A stretch of DNA of 64,000 bases from Histomonas meleagridis 2922-C6/04-290x (Eukaryota > Protista > Parabasalia), in contig JAANOX010000248.1 in assembly GCA_020184695.1 (NCBI GenBank), forward strand, positions 62,001 to 126,000, given 5' to 3'. The position numbers were made by a program, and so were the translations under genes. Positions within the stretch are counted from its first letter, which is position 1. Every line of letters begins with the position of its first letter. Positions 55,501 to 64,000 of the stretch are shown here, piece by piece. The notes under the pieces were generated by a model. It was not told the origin of the DNA. It made no database searches and saw only the letters and a list, made by a program, of their open reading frames with translations.

Positions 55501-55733
55501 TCATAATTAACAAAAAATTTCAAATTGGATTGTTCTAATGCATTAGGTATAGTTTCCTTTGATTTTAAGAGCTTGTATAGGTTAACAAGTTGCATTTTTT
55601 CTATTTTTGGTATTGTTGAATATAATTCACTGTATTCAATATCGGAATTCGAAGATGAGGTGTTCTGGTTTTTCAAGTGGAGATAGTAAATATTTGTTAT
55701 TGGATCATCTTGGAACTGTATAATTAGATTCAT
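49593..55733 (-). CDS. BEACH-family protein (ConA-like domain, reduced BEACH, WD40)
   Basis: FSISFWIRID, NYQYLMEINKYFGKT...YPIFPMVI, LTPEFF and LPKWCKTEYEFVYMMRKALES..SLSKWI motifs, followed by a WD40-like C-terminus. Confidence 0.8.
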   Translation of the reverse strand: MNLIIQFQDDPITNIYYLHLKNQNTSSSNSDIEYSELYSTIPKIEKMQLVNLYKLLKSKETIPNALEQSNLKFFVNYDFTNLKNSNEKHEPSLYLNIVILYQAVWYTFFSDDYSENEIINLVDTFEYVYQLPDTRLTSTFIFEKLTDKVIQEKKIQINSNIFMSLIYYVKIDSNLSTATYFNLVKVCSNGLISKELIFEYFDFLFTFRKDSVNLILSANFTEAISSYFLLSEPQALKLLSTLSVIKGEKDPPEDAYTVFVTEILKQIDANNNNFPALNVHDSHEILGENTSKMNVCAEITADQLNSFPNGLLSLPKAIQNLRPLSEKFGKFQVNILSNFLKSSSYFCKNVFMYNFSKYLDAQEERTLLFAMTLFLYLIDCDSEQKVSQTDFQLILKKKIFLANENIFIPNSLSESTNQFRNDFLTVIINKREKSLLINLFEYVKTSPLLFAEILSRLIIIYPKIINIFDHTTLKSICELAIQLQRINLNEKTYEISLARSSVFHFIFGFNNSNIIETNTILPLLFNMVYEESLSKIIITFFEKFYSEHIKDRNYSTFIERIMFFLDKPKAHLRISYEISEMVINIIESNINSINIFQSVYPYIYNLFHEDPTKKSLNIILTLIKLCSIVIPNYLPNIDIINELIQYIKENELNSKMYVHIINLITNFSLNSCEFNENDYKYYFILRPQYIYLIFGIFGESIYINHFLNNLYQNCLLSDNNFIQCQNINFDIFLLKILNEKKEKMNFIYNGIDYHLNISYDIQEKVIIKLIHFITNLKTSFSFLYQLISYCKTNDSFMIDLFDSLIANAKKNSICFTSYPSTIQLKGLTSNIFNDNSFSISFWIRIDYDLIFNKNVKLNILKIFNEEHNNSLIINIENNYLQLKYQHQSLITYVNLYELNILQTFQSRKEKNETFERWHFIVINFIKNNSNNSCFIKTIYDNSKETCSEICNIIFDVNNSTNLNCILGTNDYLNNDNNDYYFGYINDIKFYQRILNEKEIKDMYYLKKYNETIKLKYEFSEQQKLIQKNLILNYFKNKKLLLYYIDSINSNTKYLYILKYILNNKKTQIMFYQNISRFKQKINSIEINSDLYFTLYEIFDFINNNDLKSYFFYNFIMNLDLWKKCNDDKNFSSILNHWNSIVLFSYKEMFNNCETILSKLLEKFDPKFENLFYSIINRICLIHIDENNLLLILKNCEKQNVNHNFYLKVLSSISPFLNNDFKEITLKTIYKLINTNLSILTLSTFHELTKGNFHSELFNLLFMLNPNEDFSNIFDELLLNLLDYPNFYSLCCYLALFLMPFYAEKLSAYIIILQDGIDLNGYWYLWPLIFAFHTTKELKKSIYDFLSLFSIKSSNPIKTIQIISFLIEYISVYLENSNQYELDIYLDSLLCNIQIIKNDSIVTEILNIAVMTHFYHLTFQTHNELLLYEFKNSVFSTEFTPMIHSSKMRKVLNIEDLSNYILEDKKLNYLYGIKLIPNQPYNCNRLKIAKKIIKIKKIKNYIYEDLIERFINPIGYSMIDIFEKIQRIREEYGNYVLQAIAVLQEMKEELNTSKTFYKNLIENHSISHNISSKNGQLPSKSLTSINNNIINTNKKEKDKKPKAPTNWNNNYQYLMEINKYFGKTINNKDNYPIFPMVISYKYDKFIINDNIEIIKHNKINSPITILDKEQSLEALFSTSNVLTPEFFDSPETFKSMTLPKWCKTEYEFVYMMRKALESENITKSLSKWIENMFSKQNNYKKIEKIQPMIKNDIIINTHEQLLQEQKLLFGFCVSNLICNVTINGKIIFYQIQILNNNFDIIKIKEYSIKNILNKTFYQVKFELFCYDYKKQILSIYNINNYNEYQIFLHSFLFQHIDKYIYYYDNLSIYKIKDQNKNKCIYSSQDEINCYTINDKLKLFACCCKNGIIKIMKYPNFQMIQKLNLDVIGDKILITNGWGFIIICAKNMIFVFSKLGNLIKKVESETGFLFCEAFTDEKGFDYVFFIDNMHRLGFFEVFFPEEIIHFYGAQNMVSISYSLENQCFMFLSEDAVINVIPLKISKTLVQKI

Positions 55734-55831
55734 TTGACCTCAAAAATTTTGGTAGTTTGGGGTGCCCCAATTATGGAACTGCTTGCCAAGAAAATGGGTC
55801 ACCCCAAATAGTACGTTTACTAAAAAGAACA

Positions 55832-56869
55832 ATGAAGAAAGATAACAACAATTTAATTACACTAAATTTGCAAAATAAATTCATTAAATCATTTAAGCAA
55901 ATAGAAATTCCAAATGGTACAACTGATTTACAATTAAGCTCAAATTTGATTACAGATTTTGATGGTTTTATTCCAAATGAAAATTTAATTTCTCTTAATA
56001 TTGATAACAATCCTATTCTATCTTTTAAATCATTTCCAAGAGAACAAAATATTCAATTTTTTTCTGCAATAAATACTCCAATATCAGAACTTCCAATGTT
56101 TAGATTATTTTCATTAATAACAATTGGATCTAATCTTAAAATGATTAATGGGTCTGATGTAACATCTAATGAAATTCGAATTGTTTCTGAAATTGGTAAA
56201 TTTTTTCCTAAAAGTTCAGCTACAATCAATCAAAATACACATTCAAGAATTAAAGAAATTTTATCATTATCTTTTCGTAAAGGATATATTTGTTCTGTCT
56301 TTCCAAGAAATTTATCAACAATTGAAAATGAAGCAGAACAATATCAAAGTTATCCTGTTTCAGTTCAAGCGTCAAAACTTATGTTGCTTTTACACAAAGA
56401 TCAAAATGAAACAGCTTTACTTATAAAAAGAATTTTTACAACAGAAATAAAAAGAATAAAAAAGAAATCTTCAAATTCTTTAATGGAAGAAAAACTTTCA
56501 AGACAACAAACACTTATTACATTCTTAATGAAACAAGTTCAAGAACTCAAAGAAGCAAAAGAATCAAAACCTAAAACAGAAACTACCAAAAAGAAAAAAT
56601 CACTTTCTCAATCAACGCAAGATGCATATTATGAAATGGTTAATGATGTTGCAATCTCTTTAATTGAAAATTCAGATGAATTTAATGAAATTAAATCACA
56701 AAACATTAAAAGTCCAAATGAAAACAATCCACATTTGCTTAAAAAAGCTATTATCGAATTTTTGAATGTCGATGAGAATACAACAAATAAAAGACTTGTT
56801 CAAATGCTTCATAATATTAAAAATGACAAATCAAAGTTAAATGAAATCGTTTGGCGAAATAACACATAA
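55832..56869 (+). CDS. Leucine-rich-repeat plus coiled-coil protein
   Basis: LNLQNKFIKSF, LQLSSNLITDF and LNIDNNPILSF repeats. Likely start is ATG 55832. Confidence 0.75.
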   Translation: MKKDNNNLITLNLQNKFIKSFKQIEIPNGTTDLQLSSNLITDFDGFIPNENLISLNIDNNPILSFKSFPREQNIQFFSAINTPISELPMFRLFSLITIGSNLKMINGSDVTSNEIRIVSEIGKFFPKSSATINQNTHSRIKEILSLSFRKGYICSVFPRNLSTIENEAEQYQSYPVSVQASKLMLLLHKDQNETALLIKRIFTTEIKRIKKKSSNSLMEEKLSRQQTLITFLMKQVQELKEAKESKPKTETTKKKKSLSQSTQDAYYEMVNDVAISLIENSDEFNEIKSQNIKSPNENNPHLLKKAIIEFLNVDENTTNKRLVQMLHNIKNDKSKLNEIVWRNNT

Positions 56870-56958
56870 AACTATTGTTTATATTTGTTTGTTGCGGTAA
56901 AAATAAATATTAAATATTTTTTTTATTTATAAAAAATGTTTATTATAATTTGTTTTAT

Positions 56959-58038
56959 TTATAACAAATCAAAAAAGTATGGTAATCCTTGTGCCATTTC
57001 CCAGAATCCAACGCCCGCAAATCCGTATTTAGCAACAACTTCAAATCTCTTTTCTAAGAAGTATAGTGTTGGATAGTAAAGAGATTTTGATTCGTTTTCG
57101 CTATGGTAAAACATTATATGTTCTTCATCTTGATTATTATATTTTATTAAAACTTTGTTATTACTTAAAATACGAATTAAATCATCGCCAAATATATATT
57201 CGCGTTTAGTTGGGCTATAATTAAATCCGAAAAATGGAATTCCAATTATTATTTTATTGACAAATTTCGATGAAATTTCATTAAATATCCAATTATAAAT
57301 GTTCCTATATGCAGAAATAGGAGAAATAGCATAACATGGTAACTCATAAGCTGAAACAAATGCAAAATCAACAGAATTAATAATGTCTTTGAGGGTATAA
57401 GAAAATGACGGATGATAATTAACTTTCTCTTTTGATGGAATATCAAGTAAAATTTTAAGTTTGGATGAGACTTTTCGAACAGATTTAATAAATTTCGGTA
57501 TATATTTCATGGATTGTGAATTACTTATATACTGTGGAATTTCAAAAAAGATTCCATCGAAATGATATTTTTGATTTAACGAACGGTATTCAGTTTGAAT
57601 TAACTTTGTAATTGGATTGAGTGAATCAATAAATTGTCTTGGTGATGTATTTTCGAAAATTATTCTGGGAACAATATTAACTTTTGGGTGTTGTTTCCGC
57701 ATTTCATGAAGCCATTCTTGATTAATAGCATCAGTGCCTTCTAGTTTGAATTTTCCTTGATCATTTACAATTCTGAACCAAATTGGAACAATAATGTTAA
57801 ATTTATTACCAAATTTAAGTGCAAGATCATAGCCTTGGGGATTCCATGGTGTGACAAAAGAAAGTACATTTTGTTTCGATTTTAACAGTCGAAAGTTTGA
57901 TGGATCGCCAGTAAGATTGTAAAAATTAAGAATTGATTGTGAAGTTTGATTTACTGTAACCAAGTTATTCTCAAACACTGTTTTGTGGTTACAAGTGTAG
58001 TTTGGATATATTAAGCAGAGTGTTGTAAAAAGAAGCAT
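56959..58038 (-). CDS. CHID1: Chitinase-domain-containing protein 1 (inactive GH18, SI-CLP-like)
   Basis: VTPWNPQGYDLA, VPIWF, FDGIFFE (lacks DxDxE) and GVGFWEMAQGLPYFFDLL. Signal-peptide-like N-terminus from ATG 58038. Confidence 0.9.
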   Translation of the reverse strand: MLLFTTLCLIYPNYTCNHKTVFENNLVTVNQTSQSILNFYNLTGDPSNFRLLKSKQNVLSFVTPWNPQGYDLALKFGNKFNIIVPIWFRIVNDQGKFKLEGTDAINQEWLHEMRKQHPKVNIVPRIIFENTSPRQFIDSLNPITKLIQTEYRSLNQKYHFDGIFFEIPQYISNSQSMKYIPKFIKSVRKVSSKLKILLDIPSKEKVNYHPSFSYTLKDIINSVDFAFVSAYELPCYAISPISAYRNIYNWIFNEISSKFVNKIIIGIPFFGFNYSPTKREYIFGDDLIRILSNNKVLIKYNNQDEEHIMFYHSENESKSLYYPTLYFLEKRFEVVAKYGFAGVGFWEMAQGLPYFFDLL

Positions 58039-58701
58039 TTTTAAAGGGCACCCTAAAAAATCCAAGAAAAAAATGCAACTTCATCTTAGTTAGAAGCATG
58101 TCATCATATTTTATTGAAAAAAGCATAAACACCTAACACCATATGACCATGTGAATCGATAAACATCCATATTAACATATTTGTTAATAATATTACTATT
58201 CAAATATATTTGTGATAATTTGTCATTATTAAAGGTAACAGTAACTTTTAAGATAATAAGTGTCCTGATTGTGAATATATAGAATTTCGGAATAATTTAT
58301 ATTTGGTATTTATTAGATGATGTTTCTTTTTATATAAGGTCATGTTATGCACATTCTATTGCTTTCAAACCTCGATGCACTTTGGCATTTGCTGCAATAA
58401 GACTTTTGAACTGCAAAAAAGAGGATATCCAGAAACGATGTTTTTTTACAACAACTTTGAGAGCTTGGAAAACACAACTTTTTAAACGAAATCCTGGCTG
58501 AACTACAATTGTAAAATTGAATATATATTGCGTTGAACAAAAGCCTGTATTTGAATCAAACCGAATTATTATTGAATTGCATTCAATTTAGTTTTTCGCT
58601 GATTTATCTCTTTTTAGTTTTGTAAAAATTTTTGAAAGTATGAAAATTTATTTTAAACATTTTTTTTCGCATAGTAGAAGCTCTCCTATGGCTTCAGAGT
58701 A

Positions 58702-59334
58702 TCAAATATCTTTAATGACTATTTGACACAATGATTCTAAATTTAAATCATCAAATGTGTTTAAATTGAAATCACTACGATGGAGTGAATGACACCTCTT
58801 AATCTCTCCATTTTTCCTGAATTTTTGGTCACGCATTGGAATAAAGCCATTTACGCAAAATTCTGGAAAATTAGTATAAAAACTTTTATACCCTCCCTCC
58901 AAGAGATACATTTTAGGGAAGTGTAACTGTGGGTAATGGCCTGCATTGATTTTTCGGTCAAAATTTCTGAATGCGCGCATTATTGTTAAAGCTCTGTTAT
59001 CCAAAGTTGACTCGCAATAAAACACCAAAACCCTATGGCTCTTTAAGTGGTATTTAAAAAAATCGACAATATCCATCTTTTTGCAAATATTTGCAGCATT
59101 TATTATATGGCCACCATTAAATTCATAATTGTACCTTGAATCTACTGGCTGCACGATATCTTCACCTGTGACTATCATATCATGGAATGATTTTGGTGAT
59201 AGACTTGGAAATTCTAAGTCTTCTAAATCTTTTGTTTCATGACCAAAAGCCTCACATTCGTCTGTGTATTGGAAGTTTAAGTCTGGAATTGGTAGGATCA
59301 TATCGTCACATTGAGCGAGGGAAGTCATGGTCAT
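58702..59334 (-). CDS. Cdc25-like rhodanese-fold phosphatase
   Basis: VDSRYNYEFNGGHIINA, VFYCE, FDRKIN..YPQLHFPKMYLLEGGY. Confidence 0.85.
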   Translation of the reverse strand: MTMTSLAQCDDMILPIPDLNFQYTDECEAFGHETKDLEDLEFPSLSPKSFHDMIVTGEDIVQPVDSRYNYEFNGGHIINAANICKKMDIVDFFKYHLKSHRVLVFYCESTLDNRALTIMRAFRNFDRKINAGHYPQLHFPKMYLLEGGYKSFYTNFPEFCVNGFIPMRDQKFRKNGEIKRCHSLHRSDFNLNTFDDLNLESLCQIVIKDI

Positions 59335-60157
59335 TTGTGATGTGAGTATACGTTTGCATCTGTTTGAATGGTTTTCGAATTGAAATGTGATTCATCAATC
59401 AGTTTTGAATAGGGCCCTTTCAATCCATACGAGCAAACCATTCAAATACTTTGTTGTTCTTATGTTCTTGTTTGAAATAAAATACAAAAATCGAAACATC
59501 AAAAACATCTTTTAGTTTAATTCTAAATTCAACGGATATTTTTATTCCTTAAATTACATTTTTTATAATTTCAATAACAAAAAAGATCGGAGAAATGCAG
59601 AAAGACAAAGTAAACATAAAAACAACCATGACTCAACTGAAAGCTATCAAAATTTGAATACCAGAAAGGCGGGGCTCATTCACTCTAACTCTTAAAATAT
59701 GCCTTCTATCGAAAAAAGGAACAATTACTCCTATGGGTAAAGCTTTATGTAAAGTGGTATATCATTACAACAATTTTTTATGCGATATTCAAAAAAATAT
59801 ATTATTATTCAATTGCACAATAATTGATGGCCAAATTTATTCTTTCATTCCACTCAACTCATATTCACCATCTGGATTAGTTTAAGAGAAGAAAACAAAG
59901 AACCAGAAACGAGATTTTATAGGATAATTTCAATATCAAGTAAACCATTTAAAATTGTGCTGTAGACGATTATTTTTAATTCAAAACCAAACGCTTTTCA
60001 ATACTGTTTCTGTGTTGCTAAAGTTTTCCATTTTTTGGCTATTTTCACCATGCAAATAAATTTAACAAGTTTATTTCTGACCACCTCGTTAACCGCCTGT
60101 AATTTCTGACCATTTCAGAAAATTTTCTGAAATACTTCATTTTTCATTTTTTTTGGA

Positions 60158-60760
60158 ATGACAGAAATTATATCCAAAGATTATTCTTTCACTGCAAAAA
60201 TCATTATGATTGGGGCACATTTCTCTGGGAAAACTTGCATCGTCAGGAGTTTTTTTGGAAAAGAATTTTTAGGAACTGGACCGACAATTGGAGTTGAATT
60301 CTACGTTAAATATGTTGATATTGAAGGAGAAAAAATAAAACTTCAAATATGGGACACATCTGGACAAGAAAAATTCAGATCCATTACAAGTTGCTACTAT
60401 CGAAATGCTGACGGAATTCTTCTTGTTTTCGATCTAAGTAGTCGGGATTCATTTGAACAAGTCGGATATTGGATGAATTCCATTCGGAATAACTGCGAAA
60501 ATTTTTGCAACGTTATCCTTGTTGGGAATAAATGCGATTTGGAACGCCTCATTTCGGAAGAAGAGGCAAAAGAGGAAGCTGCAAATTATCAAATTCCATA
60601 CATAGAAACATCAGCTAAAGATAACATTAACATAGAAAAAGCGTTTATGGAAATAGCTTCAATGGTCGTGAGATCAAAGCACACGTGCACGTTGGTAAAT
60701 GAAGAAAAACCACAGCCGCAGAAACTAGAGCTAAACGACGAGAAAAAGGAATGCTGCTAA
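60158..60760 (+). CDS. Rab GTPase
   Basis: TIGVEF, WDTSGQEKF, YYRNADG, GNKCD, ETSAK and a C-terminal CC. Confidence 0.95.
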   Translation: MTEIISKDYSFTAKIIMIGAHFSGKTCIVRSFFGKEFLGTGPTIGVEFYVKYVDIEGEKIKLQIWDTSGQEKFRSITSCYYRNADGILLVFDLSSRDSFEQVGYWMNSIRNNCENFCNVILVGNKCDLERLISEEEAKEEAANYQIPYIETSAKDNINIEKAFMEIASMVVRSKHTCTLVNEEKPQPQKLELNDEKKECC

Positions 60761-61064
60761 TGGGAATTTTTTAGTGTTTTTTAAGTTGTCTAATGCATTT
60801 TTAATTGTGAAAAATAAATTTAACTGAATGTATTATTGAATAGATTTAATTTTTTTTAGTGATTGAATCATTCAATCGAATTAATTTTAATTTTTGAATA
60901 GTAAGCTAAAAATGCTTAATGGAATGATATGTTTATTCAGTACAGGAGGTGTTAAGTCAAAAAAAATAAATAAATCGTTGCAACAAAGAGAGTTTCCTTT
61001 GTTAAGTTCGGAGAAATTGTTATTGGCACTTTTATGAGAACGTTTATTATTACAAAATTTTCAT

Positions 61065-63245
61065 ATGATGGAATACGACAATGAATTGTTCTATGAATTT
61101 CAAAACCCAGGGGAAAATATTCCATCTATTGAAATTAAATCAGGGAAAGAAGCCGAGTTAGAAATAAATAAATTATCAAATAAAATTTCGAAAGATAACG
61201 AATGGAATGAACAAGTAAATGCAATTAATCGAGTGTTTGGTTTGATAAATGGTGGTGCATTAGAGTATGATGAATTTGTCAACGGAATCAAAAAACTTTA
61301 TTTTGGACTTTCAGCTGCAGTTGTAAATCTTAGAAGTACTCTTGTAAAATCTGCTTGCCTTCTTATTTCCAAGCTAGCACAAGAATTAAAATATTCCTTT
61401 GATCAATTTGGAAATTACATTTCTCCTTTATCAGTTCATTTATCCTGCGGTACGAAAATAATAGCTGATAGTTGCAGGTATGCAATTCATGAAATTGTAA
61501 TGAATTGTGCTACATCTAAAATTTTATCGTCAATTCTAGATTTATTTGGAATGCGAGGTCCTAAACCTAAACTTGTTGCCACGGAAGCAATAGCAATAAT
61601 TATATATCGATGGCCAACAGAAATTATTGGGACAAAATGGGCACGTCTTTTGATGTGCCTTCAGCAATCCATCACTTCATCATCACCCGAATGTCGCGAA
61701 ATTGCACGAATTGCAGCAAAAGGCATGAAGTGCATCTCAAAAAAAAGGGTTAAAGAGTTTTTCAGCAAATTGGATGTTCGAATTCGAATTGCAATTGATC
61801 AATCACAAACATTAAATATCACAAAACTTACAGCTGAAGAGTGTGGAATCACATCAGAAGCAAAAGGAACTAATGAAACCAAAAAAACAGAAGTAATTAA
61901 AAATGTGAATAATAAAACGCAAATTCCAATTCGTAGAACAAAACTAAAAACTATTGACACAACGAAAGTTGAAAATCTTCAATTAATATATGGACATGAG
62001 AAACAATTCATCCAAAACGTCCGAAATTATATTGATAATGGCAAAGTGAAACAACTTTATGCAAACATCGAATCGATTATAATTGATTTAATGGAATGTT
62101 GTTTAAATCCAAATGTTTCTGTATCATCATTAATGCTCATAAATGATTTAATACCATTTTATCCGAAGACATTTGAAACACATTTAGAAACACTTTTAGA
62201 TGTGTTATTTCTTTCGATTGAGAAAGGAACGCCGCGAGTTGTCTCTAATTCGCAAATCATTTTGGATGAACTTCCAAATGTATTTGATAATAATAAATTA
62301 ATATCAAATATCATTGGAATAAATCCATCAAATTCACTTATTTCTTTTTGTTTGAAATTAATAAACAATGAAAAAATTGATTTAAATGATGAATCGATTT
62401 GTTTGAATGTTCTTCATTTAGCTTTCCAACATTATTTAATTGGGAAACAAAAAATGAAGAAAATCGCATTGGAAATTATCGAAAAGATTTCCGATGTTAA
62501 TAAAGAATCAATTTTCTCATTTAGTAATTCACTTAATGAAGATGAACATAAAATATTTTCGAGATTAATTGAAAGTTTAAACATAAATTCCGATGTTATA
62601 ATAAGTACAAATATTAATATTCCTCAAATGCAATTACATTGTATTGATGAATGGATAAATAATATTAAAGCAATGATAAAAGAAATGTCTGAAACGGAAT
62701 TCAAATCATTTCGTCCACAATTATATCAAGAAATTAATAATAAAATAACAAAAACTGAACAAATCGAAACATTACTTTACTTTATTCAATCGTTGATACA
62801 TAAATTCGGTGCAAATGATTATAATCATTTGTTGTCTGGTTTACTTTATCATATAAACTGTGATTCACATCGTAAAAACATAAAAAATATCGTTGAAATG
62901 ATACTTTACTCAGTGGATACAAAAGATTTACTATTGAACTTACAAACGCATATAAATAATAAAAATGTTTTAATTGCTAAAAACGCAGTCGTCTTTCAAA
63001 CAGAAATAATATCGAAAGCATCAACAAAGGAAATCGCAAAGATAATACCAGTGATAACTCAGCAAATGTTCCCTTTGTTCGATAGCCAAAACTGTGATTT
63101 GAGGAAATCTGTTTTGTTGTGTTTCGTGGAACTGTTTTTTGTGTGCGGAAAAGAAATGAAAAACTTTAAGCAATCGCTCACTTTGTCGCAACAAAAATTG
63201 GTCGACGTGTATCTATCAAGAAGAAAAGCGATATCTTGTTATTAA
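61065..63245 (+). CDS. CLASP: CLASP-like TOG-domain protein
   Basis: EWNEQVNAI, NLRSTLVKSAC, SSSPECREIAR and C-terminal TOG-like CDLRKSVLLCFVELF. Confidence 0.8.
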   Translation: MMEYDNELFYEFQNPGENIPSIEIKSGKEAELEINKLSNKISKDNEWNEQVNAINRVFGLINGGALEYDEFVNGIKKLYFGLSAAVVNLRSTLVKSACLLISKLAQELKYSFDQFGNYISPLSVHLSCGTKIIADSCRYAIHEIVMNCATSKILSSILDLFGMRGPKPKLVATEAIAIIIYRWPTEIIGTKWARLLMCLQQSITSSSPECREIARIAAKGMKCISKKRVKEFFSKLDVRIRIAIDQSQTLNITKLTAEECGITSEAKGTNETKKTEVIKNVNNKTQIPIRRTKLKTIDTTKVENLQLIYGHEKQFIQNVRNYIDNGKVKQLYANIESIIIDLMECCLNPNVSVSSLMLINDLIPFYPKTFETHLETLLDVLFLSIEKGTPRVVSNSQIILDELPNVFDNNKLISNIIGINPSNSLISFCLKLINNEKIDLNDESICLNVLHLAFQHYLIGKQKMKKIALEIIEKISDVNKESIFSFSNSLNEDEHKIFSRLIESLNINSDVIISTNINIPQMQLHCIDEWINNIKAMIKEMSETEFKSFRPQLYQEINNKITKTEQIETLLYFIQSLIHKFGANDYNHLLSGLLYHINCDSHRKNIKNIVEMILYSVDTKDLLLNLQTHINNKNVLIAKNAVVFQTEIISKASTKEIAKIIPVITQQMFPLFDSQNCDLRKSVLLCFVELFFVCGKEMKNFKQSLTLSQQKLVDVYLSRRKAISCY

Positions 63246-63562
63246 TAAACTGTTTGTATTATATCAATTGTGATTCAAATAAAGTCAAATGCGATAATAT
63301 TCGATCACTAATAAAATCGATTTATTCACATTAAAAGATTCAGCTGAATACTTGTAAATGATTAAAATTTAAACCATGAGTTTGCACTAACTATATTAGA
63401 ATTATTAAAATTTCTTGATATTAAAACATTCGGTTCGCAATGGATTTAGTGAAGATTATTAAGATTTCCAAGGATAATATCAATCATTTAACTCCCAACA
63501 GAGTGTTTGTTCTCTAAATCATGAAAAACATTAGTACAAAAAAATTAAAAAAAAATTTATAT

Positions 63563-64000
63563 TTAATTCTTCGCGTTTGGAAGTATTTCTTCCAAAAATA
63601 TTTCGAATTCTAATGATGCGTCGATGATAATAAACTTATCCGAGCTCTTTATCAACGGATGTTGTGTTTGTGGGTGTGAATTTGTTGCAATAATTTTCCT
63701 AATTGGAGAGTTAATCAAATCATTAATTTCTTTTTCACCAATAAGTGCTAAATGCGAAACCATTACATCAACAGTAAGTGCGCCATTTGCCAAATATGCT
63801 TCGGCTGCGTGTATTAGTGTTCCGCCTGTTCTTGTCATATCGTCGTAAATTATCAGGTGATAGCCCTTAACGTTCCCGATGATTTCACAAACGCTTGTTG
63901 ACACTTTCCCGTCTTTGTGAGTGCGCACTTTTCTGATGAATGCGACTCCGGTTCCGTTGTCGCGTGCGAAGGCATTAACCCAAGCAGTCCTACCGAGATC
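63563..64000 (-). CDS. PRPS: Ribose-phosphate pyrophosphokinase, C-terminal part (5' end outside the window)
   Basis: DLGRTAWV and the PRPP loop IIYDDMTRTGGTL..AA. Frame is open to the window edge. Confidence 0.88.
   Translation of the reverse strand, partial: DLGRTAWVNAFARDNGTGVAFIRKVRTHKDGKVSTSVCEIIGNVKGYHLIIYDDMTRTGGTLIHAAEAYLANGALTVDVMVSHLALIGEKEINDLINSPIRKIIATNSHPQTQHPLIKSSDKFIIIDASLEFEIFLEEILPNAKN

Noticed and set aside
58100-58560. Possible Cys-rich gene or transposase remnant (KCPDCEY...)
   Set aside because: Interrupted by stops, with no recognisable family, terminal repeats or target-site duplication.
259-64000. Numerous 60-170-aa antisense or overlapping ORFs in the track (e.g. 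4643, 7619, 18662, 42193, 42697)
   Set aside because: They are shadows of the longer real genes, with no independent motifs.
1-64000. tRNA, rRNA or intact transposons (Maverick, Mutator, mariner)
   Set aside because: None recognisable by eye. A tRNAscan or Infernal run would be needed to exclude small RNAs.

Overview
This is AT-rich, gene-dense eukaryotic DNA, most likely from a parabasalid (trichomonad, Tritrichomonas or Histomonas type). The evidence is a trichomonad-type histone H3, TCAYT initiator elements, TAAA signals at stop codons, DUF3447-ankyrin and BspA-type genes, and no canonical introns that I could find. About 22 genes were identified: midasin 3' end, Rnl2-type RNA ligase, PA200, a five-FERM membrane protein, a CARMIL-like LRR protein, mevalonate kinase, a second GHMP kinase, RMI1, H3, an SDR epimerase, a WASP-like protein, an importin-beta-like protein, BEACH, CHID1, a Cdc25-like protein, Rab, CLASP and the PRPS 3' end, plus surface-protein genes or pseudogenes. 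The outstanding feature is the ankyrin locus at 31706-37252, which the ORF track breaks into fragments. It is a 170-nt periodic array in which each of the four beta-hairpin codons (x-x-G-x) of each ankyrin repeat is separated by an exactly 17-nt AT-rich spacer with no GT-AG ends. Removing all 102 spacers by hand gives one stop-free 1270-aa ORF with 26 textbook hairpins (e.g. N-KNGD-TAL), and two spacers are already precisely absent from the genome. This points to a non-canonical micro-intron or sequence-skipping system. I cannot check here whether it has been described before.
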